DNA of 51,487 nucleotides, from NCBI GenBank assembly GCA_046760905.1, contig JBHIFB010000003.1:1-51487 (forward strand). Reading direction: 5' to 3'. The notes beneath the pieces were generated by a model. The model ran no database searches. It had not been told where the DNA came from and saw only the letters and a list, made by a program, of their open reading frames with translations. Origin of the DNA: Candidatus Glassbacteria bacterium (GTDB lineage: Bacteria > Gemmatimonadota > CAZMKB01). This document shows positions 29,964 through 38,479 of this stretch, piece after piece. A program made the translations under genes and the position numbers. How positions within the stretch are numbered: position 1 is the first letter of the stretch; each line of letters starts with the position of its first letter.

Positions 29964-30893
29964 GTGAAGAAGACAGTGCTAATTGTAGATGATGAACCCC
30001 ACGTGATCCAGTCGATCAGGGCCGAGCTGGAATCCAATGGTTTCAGAGTTGTCGTTTCAACAAACGGGAAAAGTGCCCTCGATCTTGCCAAGAAGGTTAG
30101 ACCGGACCTGATACTTCTGGATATCCTGATGCCGAAGCTCTCGGGATTGGAGGTGTGTTCGAAGCTGAGGGAAGACTTCCTCACTGCCAGGATACCGATC
30201 GTTATCCTCACGGTTTTAAATGATACAAGGAAAAAAGTGATTGCCATAGATGGCGGGGCTGATGATTTCCTCACCAAGCCTTTCGACCCGGAAGAGGTTG
30301 TGGCGAGAATCAGGATGATAATCCGCAGGACAGAGACGAATCTCGGTTCCAATCCTCTGACGAGGCTGCCAGGCAATACGGAGATATACCGGGAGATAGA
30401 AATCAGGCTCAAATCGAGGAGGAAATTCGCGATGGCCTACCTCGACATAGATAACTTCAAAGCATTCGATGATATGTATGGATATGAGAAAGGGGACAAG
30501 GTTATTATCGAGACAGGGCTCATGGTACAGAGTGTCGTCGCCAGGCACGGGAATAAGAAAGATTTCATTGGCCATATCGGAGGAGATGATTTCGTTATAA
30601 TAACCACGCCTTCAAGAATCGAACAGATCTGCAAAGCCCTCATAGCCAGATTCGATGAGACGGTACCTACATTTTACAATAATGAGGACAGGAAGCGGGG
30701 TTACATCGAGTGTGAAGACAGGAGGGGGAATCTAAACCGGTTCCCGTTGCTCACTCTTTCCATTGGGGTTGTAACCAATGCCAGAAGGAAGCTCGTTTCT
30801 CATATACAGGTGGCTGAGATCGCGACAGAGATGAAGAACTACGCAAAGACCTTCAAGGGAAGCTCGTACAAAGTCGATAGGAGAAGGGAGTAA
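29964..30893 (+). CDS. Response regulator with a GGDEF-family domain carrying an atypical GGDDF motif
   Basis: Receiver motifs VLIVDDEPH and DLILLDILMPKLSG. Cyclase-like region NPLTRLPGN...YLDIDNFKAFDDMYGYEKGD...GHIGGDDFVII. The GGDDF codons are at 30579-30593. Confidence 0.8.
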   Translation: MKKTVLIVDDEPHVIQSIRAELESNGFRVVVSTNGKSALDLAKKVRPDLILLDILMPKLSGLEVCSKLREDFLTARIPIVILTVLNDTRKKVIAIDGGADDFLTKPFDPEEVVARIRMIIRRTETNLGSNPLTRLPGNTEIYREIEIRLKSRRKFAMAYLDIDNFKAFDDMYGYEKGDKVIIETGLMVQSVVARHGNKKDFIGHIGGDDFVIITTPSRIEQICKALIARFDETVPTFYNNEDRKRGYIECEDRRGNLNRFPLLTLSIGVVTNARRKLVSHIQVAEIATEMKNYAKTFKGSSYKVDRRRE

Positions 30894-30896
30894 ACG

Positions 30897-32942
30897 GTGC
30901 CAGTAAAGAGAAGGAGAAGGAGCCATAAGAGCACGGTCCATGCAGTGAGTTCTCCATCAGGTGAATCCCTCGCTGTCTATGGCTCATTCAGCTGTAACAG
31001 AGGAGACAGGATTGTCGCCCTTGATCGGGCAGGAGTTAAGATCCTTGGGCTCCCGGAATGTGCCGAGTATCGTGGACTTCATTTCAAAGATGTGTTTGGC
31101 GTTCGACCTTCGGAGAGGGAGAGGATACTCCGCTCGATGAAAGACGACTCAGGGCGATTCCTCGGTGAAGTGGCCATCTCCAGGCCTGATGGCAGTACGG
31201 GTGTCCTTCTTCTCAACGAGGTCTTCAAGAAGAGTGAGGATCAAATGGAGGGGGGTTCGGAGGGAACGTTCATCGATGTTACATCCGAAAGGAAGTGGGA
31301 AAAGGAGCTCTTTAACATAGCAAGAAACCTCGGTGGAACTCTTGATGAAGGGCAGATCATAGATAGGATTGCCCTTGACCTATCGCGTGTGACCGGCTTT
31401 GGCATTTGTTCTGTAGTGCTTTTTGACGAGGATGGAATAAAGATCCACACAAGGTCTCCTGTGAAGCTTGGAAAGGGAGTGCAGGAAGATCTCTCGAAGC
31501 AGATTTCCAATGGGATTGGAATATATCTCGAATATACAATGGAATCCTCAGATATGAAATTCGAAATAAAAATGTTGCCAGATATGCAGTCACTCGGCGT
31601 GAAAGGGAAGAAAAAGATAAGAACCCACCACATCATACCTCTTCTCGTTGGCTCTCAGATGGCTGGAATCGTACATCTCGGAAGTTTCACTCCGATTCTG
31701 CTCACCGAGAGGGACAAGGCGTCTCTGCTAACATGCTCATCCCCGATGGCCTTCGCTCTGCATAACGCCCGTTCCTTTGAAAAACAGAAAAAGCTCAATC
31801 AGATGAAGAGCGAATTTATCTCCAACGTCTCTCACGCTCTGAGAACACCCATGGCCACGATGAAGCAATGTATTTCACTCCTTTCGAGGGAAAGGGGAGG
31901 TCCGCTCACAAATATTCAGAGAAACTTCCTTGGAATGATTGAGGAGAATGTCGACAGGTTAACCGGGGTACTGAACAATCTTTTAGATCTTTCTAAGATC
32001 GAGCACGGTTCGATGGAGCTTAACAGAACCGAGACGGATATGGTTCTTCTGGTGAAATCCATCATTCGAAGCTTCGATCCCTTGATTAGAAGCAAGGGGA
32101 TAACATTCAGCTTCTCAACCAAACAATCTTCAATAAGTGCCTTTGTGGACGGCGAGATAATGCGCCAGATCATAGAAGGGCTACTGAGCAATGCGATAAA
32201 ATTCACCCCGCGCAAGAAGAGAATCGTACTCAAACTATCGACGAGTGCTAAAAGGGTTATGGTCTGTGTGAAAGATGAAGGCTGCGGGATGAGCAGGGAA
32301 AATCTAACGATGGTCTTCGATAAATACAGATCCTTCCAGAAGGGGATAAAGGCGGGTGTGAGAGGCACTGGCCTTGGACTGGCTCTCACGAAAGAGCTGG
32401 TCGAGCTTCACGGCGGGAAGATATGGATCGAGAGCGCTCCCAGGAAGGGCACGGAGGTAAGTTTCGTGATCCCGAGAATGCCATTTGCTTCAATAGTTCA
32501 GGAGAAGGTAAATCGATCGATGCAGCTTTGCAGGATCAAAGGTGAGGGGCTGATTCTCTTTTTGTACATTGCGAATCTTGATGGTCCCCCTCCCAGCTCT
32601 TCAAGGATCAGGAAGTTGAAAGAGCGGTTGAGCGACTACCTGGGTCCTGTCCTAGGCACGATCGAGGGTCAGATGATTATAGACGAGGAGGAGGAGAGGG
32701 TGGCGGTTCTGGCCCCCATAAAGAAGAGGAACAAGGAGAGCATAGAGAGAGCAGTCAGGAGTAGCTTCAAGGAACTGCTGCAGGAGGCAAAATCAGACGG
32801 CAATTCACTTTTTTCCTGGGCCTGTTATCCCGATGAGGGTGAGACTTTCTCTGAGCTTCTGGAAGCCCTGCTGGTCAGTGCCGGGATCGCCGGCAAGGAG
32901 ATTCACCTGAAGAAGAGAGGGGGCGATAAAAATGGAAGATGA
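30897..32942 (+). CDS. Soluble sensor histidine kinase: PAS, GAF-like, HisKA, HATPase, plus a 155-aa C-terminal extension
   Basis: H-box SHALRTPMATM and G2 box GTGLGLALTKELVELHGGKIW. The GTG start lies 3 nt after the upstream stop. Confidence 0.85.
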   Translation: MPVKRRRRSHKSTVHAVSSPSGESLAVYGSFSCNRGDRIVALDRAGVKILGLPECAEYRGLHFKDVFGVRPSERERILRSMKDDSGRFLGEVAISRPDGSTGVLLLNEVFKKSEDQMEGGSEGTFIDVTSERKWEKELFNIARNLGGTLDEGQIIDRIALDLSRVTGFGICSVVLFDEDGIKIHTRSPVKLGKGVQEDLSKQISNGIGIYLEYTMESSDMKFEIKMLPDMQSLGVKGKKKIRTHHIIPLLVGSQMAGIVHLGSFTPILLTERDKASLLTCSSPMAFALHNARSFEKQKKLNQMKSEFISNVSHALRTPMATMKQCISLLSRERGGPLTNIQRNFLGMIEENVDRLTGVLNNLLDLSKIEHGSMELNRTETDMVLLVKSIIRSFDPLIRSKGITFSFSTKQSSISAFVDGEIMRQIIEGLLSNAIKFTPRKKRIVLKLSTSAKRVMVCVKDEGCGMSRENLTMVFDKYRSFQKGIKAGVRGTGLGLALTKELVELHGGKIWIESAPRKGTEVSFVIPRMPFASIVQEKVNRSMQLCRIKGEGLILFLYIANLDGPPPSSSRIRKLKERLSDYLGPVLGTIEGQMIIDEEEERVAVLAPIKKRNKESIERAVRSSFKELLQEAKSDGNSLFSWACYPDEGETFSELLEALLVSAGIAGKEIHLKKRGGDKNGR

Positions 32943-33339
32943 GGGAATGAAGGGGAAAAAACTCCTCGTCGTGGAGGATGAAGCCGACCTCCGAGAAGCA
33001 ATAAAGTTCGATTTAGAAATGTCAGGATATGAGGTCTATTCGGCTGAGGATGGAATCAAAGGTCTGAAACTGGCAAGAGAGAAGAAACCGGACCTTTTGA
33101 TCCTTGATCTGCTCCTTCCGCGGATGGATGGTTACCGGGTGTGCAGGATGCTTAAGGTCGACGAAGAGACCGGAAAGCTACCGATAATCATGCTCACGGC
33201 CAAGGCCGGCAAGCAGGATGAAAAGTTGGGATTGGAATCCGGGGCCGATCTTTACATGACGAAACCATTCGAGCCAGAGAAACTCCTGGAGAATGTCAAA
33301 CTTTTAATACAGAGGACACTAAAAGAGAGGAAAAATTGA
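32932..33339 (+). CDS. Single-domain CheY-like response regulator
   Basis: LLVVEDEADL, DLLILDLLLPRMDG, IIMLTAK. Overlaps the kinase stop. The ATG at 32947 is an alternative start. Confidence 0.85.
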   Translation: MEDEGMKGKKLLVVEDEADLREAIKFDLEMSGYEVYSAEDGIKGLKLAREKKPDLLILDLLLPRMDGYRVCRMLKVDEETGKLPIIMLTAKAGKQDEKLGLESGADLYMTKPFEPEKLLENVKLLIQRTLKERKN

Positions 33340-33722
33340 AAAAGCGGATCCTTATCGTAGATGACGAACCATCGATACTGGAAACAATTAAGTTCCACCT
33401 CGAGATGAGTGAATATGAGGTGATACCTGCTTCCGATGGGATGGAAGCCCTGAAGCTGGCGAGAGCTGAAAACCCGGATCTCATACTACTCGATCTCATG
33501 CTGCCGCGGATTGATGGGTACAAGGTATGCAAGATGTTGAAAATGGATAGAAGGTTTCAGCGTATACCGGTGGTGATGCTGACGGCGAAAGCTGGATCGG
33601 TAGATGAAATAGAGGGTTATCAATCGGGGGCTGACGCATATCTGAAAAAGCCTTTTGACCTTGAAGCCCTGAGTTCGGTGGTTCAGGATATGCTCGAGAA
33701 GTGTCAGGGAAGCAAAAACTGA
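33336..33722 (+). CDS. Single-domain CheY-like response regulator, paralogue of the preceding gene
   Basis: ILIVDDEPSI, DLILLDLMLPRIDG, VVMLTAK. The TTG start overlaps the upstream TGA. Confidence 0.85.
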   Translation: MKKRILIVDDEPSILETIKFHLEMSEYEVIPASDGMEALKLARAENPDLILLDLMLPRIDGYKVCKMLKMDRRFQRIPVVMLTAKAGSVDEIEGYQSGADAYLKKPFDLEALSSVVQDMLEKCQGSKN

Positions 33723-33811
33723 TAGACACTGATGGAGCATCAAGATGAATTACCTTAGCCTCTTCGACTATTTGAAAGAGACCGGTATCCGGATTCGTGG
33801 GAGCCGTTCTG

Positions 33812-35503
33812 ATGAAACAGATTGAAAAAAAGATACTGGAATATGCAGCGAGGAATGAGCTTCTTAAGGATGATGATGTTAAGAGAGTCACCGAAGTCAG
33901 AGATGAAACGGGCGAAAATGTCGATCAGGTGATCATACGACTGGGTCTTGCTACGAAGGAACAGATATATGGCGTTTTGGAAGAAATGACAGGATATCCG
34001 ACAGTTGATCTGAGCCAGGTCTCTCTTGAGAAGGAGGTGCTCGAGCTCATACCCGAAGCTGTCGCAAGGAGGAACCAGGCCATTCCCCTTTTCAAGACAA
34101 AAGATTCCCTCGCTCTCGCAATGGTTGACCCATTGAACTTCGAAGCACTCGATAGCCTTCGGGCTGCAAGCGGGCTGACCATAGAGCCGTTTATCGCAGC
34201 ACCAACAGATGTTGGAAGGGCACTCGATCAGTATTACGGGGGCCGTCAGTCCATGGCCGAGCTCTTCGAGAGTAAACTTGAGAAACCGGGATTTGCTCCG
34301 CAAGAGGAAATACGCATTAAGGGCTTCGAAGACCAGAAAGAGACCTCTCCGGTCACACTGATCGTTAATAGACTCCTTCTGCAGGCCATCCGCGAGAATT
34401 CCAGTGATGTCCATATCGAACCATGGGGCGAAAGGTTAAGAGTAAGGTACAGGATAGACGGTATACTACACGATGTACCGGCCCCTAATCTAGAGGTATA
34501 CGAGGCCATCGTTTCGAGAGTGAAGATCCTTGGGGGAATGAATATAGCGGAGAAAAGAATTCCACAGGATGGAAGGGTGGACATCGTTGTTGATGGTCGG
34601 GAGGTCGGTCTCAGGCTCTCGACGTATCCCACTTATTTCGGAGAAAAAGTCGTGATAAGGATTCTCGATAAGGGCAAAGCCGTCACAGAGCTGATCTCCC
34701 TGGGCTTCAGGGGAGAGTCCTTGAGGAGATTCGAAAAGCTGATTCGGGAGCCGCATGGTGTCCTCCTCGTGACAGGGCCCACCGGTAGCGGGAAGACGAC
34801 CACCCTTTATGCGGTGCTCAACAAACTGAAAGGTGTCGATAAGAATATTCTCACGATAGAGGACCCCATTGAATATCAGATGGATCTCATCTGCCAATCC
34901 CAGGTTAATCCAAAGGCCGGCATGACCTTCGCTACAGGGTTGAGGGCGATTTTAAGGCAGGACCCCGATGTGATCATGGTCGGTGAGATAAGGGATACAG
35001 AAACGGCAGAGATCGCAATACATTCCGCTCTCACCGGACATTTAGTTCTGAGTACTCTTCATACCAACGATTCCTCAGGGGCGGTAGCAAGGTTAATAGA
35101 TATGGGGGTTGAGCCATTCCTCATTGCATCCTCACTGGTAGGCATCCTGGCGCAGAGGCTTGTCAGACTCGTTTGCCAGGAATGCAAGGAAGTTATTCTG
35201 CCGGATGATGAACTTCTGGGGAGAATAGGGATTCCCGAAAAGAAGGGTGATGTCGTGTTTTACAGGGGACAGGGATGCGGTGCCTGCAAGGGAACAGGCT
35301 ATAAGGGTAGGACGGGTATCTATGAAGTTCTCATAGTGGATAAGGAAATGAGGGAATTGATAGCCAGGGGTACTAGCTCTATGGGTGTGAGAGAACATGC
35401 TGTAAGAAGCGGAATGGTTTTACTGAGAGAAGACGGTTTGTCAAAGGCGCTCGAAGGAATCACATCCGTCGAAGAAGTGCTCAGAGTCACCGGATCGGAA
35501 TGA
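33812..35503 (+). CDS. Type IV filament assembly ATPase (GspE/PilB/MshE family)
   Basis: T2SSE_N-like N-domain, Walker A GPTGSGKTTTLYA, ILRQDPDVIMVGEIRD, and the tetracysteine motif CQECK...CGACKGTGYKGR. Confidence 0.9.
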   Translation: MKQIEKKILEYAARNELLKDDDVKRVTEVRDETGENVDQVIIRLGLATKEQIYGVLEEMTGYPTVDLSQVSLEKEVLELIPEAVARRNQAIPLFKTKDSLALAMVDPLNFEALDSLRAASGLTIEPFIAAPTDVGRALDQYYGGRQSMAELFESKLEKPGFAPQEEIRIKGFEDQKETSPVTLIVNRLLLQAIRENSSDVHIEPWGERLRVRYRIDGILHDVPAPNLEVYEAIVSRVKILGGMNIAEKRIPQDGRVDIVVDGREVGLRLSTYPTYFGEKVVIRILDKGKAVTELISLGFRGESLRRFEKLIREPHGVLLVTGPTGSGKTTTLYAVLNKLKGVDKNILTIEDPIEYQMDLICQSQVNPKAGMTFATGLRAILRQDPDVIMVGEIRDTETAEIAIHSALTGHLVLSTLHTNDSSGAVARLIDMGVEPFLIASSLVGILAQRLVRLVCQECKEVILPDDELLGRIGIPEKKGDVVFYRGQGCGACKGTGYKGRTGIYEVLIVDKEMRELIARGTSSMGVREHAVRSGMVLLREDGLSKALEGITSVEEVLRVTGSE

Positions 35504-35549
35504 ATCACACACCAAACTCCTGCCAAAAACGAGTGCGTCACCGAGAGAC

Positions 35550-36764
35550 ATGACAATGCCGATCTTTGAGTACACCGCTAGGGACATGGCCGGGAACAAA
35601 CTCACCGGTAAGATTGAGTCTTCCAGTCGCTCTCAGGCTCTGGATGAGCTGTCCAGAGGGGAACTGGTCCCTATCTCGGTTAAGAGGTCAAGACCGCTTG
35701 CCGATTTCTTACCCGTTGGCCGCAGGCGTATAAAGAAGGAAGAGATAATCATCTTCAGCAGGCAGCTCATGACCATGCTGAAAGCAGGGATAGGCCTTCT
35801 CTCCTGTTTGCATTCTCTCAGAAAACAGGCTGAGAACCCGGATATGAAGAAGACGATTGATGAAATATACACCGATGTTAGTGAGGGGAGTTCTCTTTCG
35901 GAGGCGCTTTCAAAGCACGCTGGTGTATTCAATGACGTCTATGTTAGCATGATTCGTGTTGGTGAAGAAGGCGGTGTCCTGGACGAAGTGCTCAATAGGC
36001 TTGTGATCCTACTCGAACACGAGGCTGAAACCAGGGCGGCTCTGAAGCAGGCTGTGCGATACCCCGCGATGGTAATCATAGGCTTGGCGATCAGTTTTGT
36101 CGTTGCCGTTGTTTTCGTCCTGCCAAAGTTCAGCAGCCTGTATAGCAGATATGAAGCGGATCTTCCTCTTCCCACCCGAATACTTCTCGGATTCAATGAC
36201 GCAGTAAATAGTTACGGACTCTGGATCGGCATTTCTATAGTAATTGTTATCTTCTTCATCCTCCTGGCGTTGAGAACCGAGGCGGGGAAAAGAAAATGGG
36301 ATGAGTACAAGCTCGTTCTGCCTGTCCTGGGACCGCTTTTTGTGAAGATAGCTGTCACGAGATTCGCCAGGATGTTCGCCACTCTGGATAAGTGCGGATT
36401 ACCGATATTGAGGAATCTTGAGATAGTTGCCGAGACAGTAGGGAATCTCGTTATTGCTCAGGAGATAATGAGACAGAGAGAGAGTGTGAGAGCTGGTAAG
36501 TCAGTTGCTGAACCCATCAAAGACAGCAGATATTTTCCCCCCCTTGTTTCAGAAATGATAATGATCGGAGAGGCTTCAGGTTCAATGGAAGAAGCACTTA
36601 ACGCGGTTTCTGATCATTATGACAGGGAAATAAGCTACGCCGTGAAAAATATGACGACGCTTATCGAACCAATCATAACTTTAATTATGGGCGTATTCGT
36701 GCTTTTCATGGCAGTTGCCGTATTTTTACCTATGTGGAAAATGTCTAGCGTTATACGGAAGTGA
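35550..36764 (+). CDS. Platform protein GspF/PilC
   Basis: 404 aa, two T2SSF-like repeats, three hydrophobic segments. Confidence 0.9.
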   Translation: MTMPIFEYTARDMAGNKLTGKIESSSRSQALDELSRGELVPISVKRSRPLADFLPVGRRRIKKEEIIIFSRQLMTMLKAGIGLLSCLHSLRKQAENPDMKKTIDEIYTDVSEGSSLSEALSKHAGVFNDVYVSMIRVGEEGGVLDEVLNRLVILLEHEAETRAALKQAVRYPAMVIIGLAISFVVAVVFVLPKFSSLYSRYEADLPLPTRILLGFNDAVNSYGLWIGISIVIVIFFILLALRTEAGKRKWDEYKLVLPVLGPLFVKIAVTRFARMFATLDKCGLPILRNLEIVAETVGNLVIAQEIMRQRESVRAGKSVAEPIKDSRYFPPLVSEMIMIGEASGSMEEALNAVSDHYDREISYAVKNMTTLIEPIITLIMGVFVLFMAVAVFLPMWKMSSVIRK

Positions 36765-36845
36765 TAAGACTGGAAAACAGCCCAATAAATCAAGGGCTTG
36801 AGCATGACCTGTGAACCTGAAGGACGGTTTAAACGATCATAAATC

Positions 36846-36861
36846 TGGCAAGTTTTTTGCA
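36846..36861 (+). promoter_or_regulatory. sigma54 (-24/-12) promoter candidate TGGCAAGTTTTTTGCA
   Basis: GG at 36847-36848 and GC at 36859-36860, at the exact consensus spacing. It matches YTGGCACGrNNNTTGCW at nearly all defined positions. It lies in the 308-nt gap before the pilin genes. Confidence 0.55.
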
Positions 36862-36901
36862 ATTATCGTCTTAGTGCCCTGATTTTGCATAGGCTTCGAT
36901 A

Positions 36902-36963
36902 GGCTCCAGGGTCCTAGATCGAGGAGTCCAGGGTCGATCGTTGCAGGCAGGGATCCTGGAGCC
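36902..36963 (+). repeat. Nested inverted and direct repeat element (possible RNA leader structure or protein-binding array)
   Basis: GGCTCCAGGGTCC (36902-36914) pairs with GGGATCCTGGAGCC (36950-36963) over 13 bp including one G-U. Inner hairpin GATCGA (36917-36922) / TCGATC (36934-36939). The 9-mer TCCAGGGTC is repeated at 36905 and 36927. Confidence 0.5.
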
Positions 36964-37072
36964 TGACTCTGAACCAGATGCTGAGTATCCTAACCGATCT
37001 GCAGGTAAGCGGGAAATGTTCGTCTCCATCGATCTTCGTCACTTTTATCGAAACTCCTACTTCCACCGCGTT

Positions 37073-37546
37073 ATGACCAGTTGCATTAACTCATCACCAG
37101 TGATGGGATTTTCACTGATAATGCTCATCGTTGTCATCACCGTCGTTGGCGTATTAGCGGCGATTGCGATACCAGGCTGGAATCAACTGGCGAGTGTAAG
37201 GGTGGCCGCTGCCGCAAGGAGACTCATTGGGGACATGAGATATGTACAGGATCTTTCTATCAGGACCCAAGCGGTGCACACGGTGACCTTCTCCTCCACC
37301 GGGTACAGTATTCAAAGAGAAGGACAGGGCCTCATAGAAGATCCTTCATTCAAGGGACAACCATTTGTTGTCGATCTTACTTCGGATTACCCGGGAATCA
37401 CAGTCAGCGCTTCTTTCAAAGGGAATCAGGAGTTCTCATTCCAGAAGCGGGGGAATCCGACAAGCGGTGGAAGCGTGACTCTCTCTCTGGGCGGTGAGAA
37501 CGTCGTAGTTAGAATCGAGGATGAGACAGGCAGGGTCTCATACTGA
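37073..37546 (+). CDS. GspH/FimT-like pseudopilin with a non-canonical N-terminus (Met instead of Glu at +5)
   Basis: MTSCINSSPVMG/FSLIMLIVVITVVGVLAAIAIPGW followed by AAAARRLIGDMRYVQDLSI. The start is ambiguous (37073 or 37103). The ORF track begins at the TTG at 36941. Confidence 0.65.
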   Translation: MTSCINSSPVMGFSLIMLIVVITVVGVLAAIAIPGWNQLASVRVAAAARRLIGDMRYVQDLSIRTQAVHTVTFSSTGYSIQREGQGLIEDPSFKGQPFVVDLTSDYPGITVSASFKGNQEFSFQKRGNPTSGGSVTLSLGGENVVVRIEDETGRVSY

Positions 37547-37559
37547 ATGAGGTTACCGG

Positions 37560-37961
37560 ATGAGGAGGAAAAATAATCTTTATCAAAGCAGAGGAGGTTT
37601 CACCCTTATCGAGTTGATCATCGTGATTGTTATAGTAGGACTTTTTCTGCCGGCAATGTTCACCATGATGCAGACCGAAGTGGTCCAGGAGAGTCAAAGC
37701 CTGTACGACCAGCAGCAGCTTTCATTAGCCGAAGCCTCCATGGAGGAGCTTTTTGCAGATAAAAATGCCCCAGGAAGGGGTTTCACCTATCTGTCTCCCG
37801 GGAATTATGACAGTAACACGGGTCTGACAGGGTTCACAAGGCAGATAGAAGTAGAAGATCAAAGGGTGAATGGGAGGCCGGCGAAATCAGTAAGAGTGAC
37901 GATAGCCAGGGAGGGGATCTCGGACATCTCCCTGACAGCTGTGTTCATCGAGAACTGGTGA
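37560..37961 (+). CDS. Prepilin-type minor pseudopilin (GspI/PilV-like)
   Basis: Cleavage/methylation motif G/FTLIELIIVIVIVG. 133 aa. Confidence 0.8.
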   Translation: MRRKNNLYQSRGGFTLIELIIVIVIVGLFLPAMFTMMQTEVVQESQSLYDQQQLSLAEASMEELFADKNAPGRGFTYLSPGNYDSNTGLTGFTRQIEVEDQRVNGRPAKSVRVTIAREGISDISLTAVFIENW

Positions 37962-38479
37962 GATTTCTTATGCGGTCTAAACGGTCGGTTTTCAGGAATC
38001 AAGGATTCACACTCATGGAAGTAATCGTGGCGATGACCATAATATCGATCGTTGTTACAATGCTCACCGGGATATTCGTGACTAACGCTGATATATTCAG
38101 GTTCATCATCAGTTCAAGCGATGATATAGGTGAGCTCAGGCTTGCGGCCGGCAGGATGACTCTCGAGTTACGTTCTATAAAAGATAAAAAAAGCGTGAAG
38201 AAAGCAACCGAATCCAAAATCAATTTCATAAATAGCGAGGGTAGCAACATGAAAATAGAATATAGCGCAAAATCTGAGACGATAAAGCTGAACGGTAAAC
38301 AGCTGGCCGGTGAAATAGGTGATTTCCATCTGAAATACTACGATTCGTCCGGGAGTGAGCTGTCCAATCCCAAGACCAAGCCGGAAACTAATATCTGGAG
38401 TGTTGAGATCGAAATCGGAAGGTCCGGGCAGAATAATCTCAGGATCATCTCCCGGGCGTATCCGAGGAACTTCATATGA
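37958..38479 (+). CDS. Prepilin-type minor pseudopilin (GspJ/PilW-like)
   Basis: G/FTLMEVIVAMTIISIVV. Overlaps the upstream gene by 4 nt. Confidence 0.75.
   Translation: MRFLMRSKRSVFRNQGFTLMEVIVAMTIISIVVTMLTGIFVTNADIFRFIISSSDDIGELRLAAGRMTLELRSIKDKKSVKKATESKINFINSEGSNMKIEYSAKSETIKLNGKQLAGEIGDFHLKYYDSSGSELSNPKTKPETNIWSVEIEIGRSGQNNLRIISRAYPRNFI

Noticed and set aside
33812-34240. MshEN-type c-di-GMP-binding motif in the N-domain of the assembly ATPase.
   Set aside because: The two 24-residue motifs (RLGxxLLxxGLITxxQLxxALxxQ) are not convincingly present. The key Arg-Leu-Gly positions read KKI and NVD.
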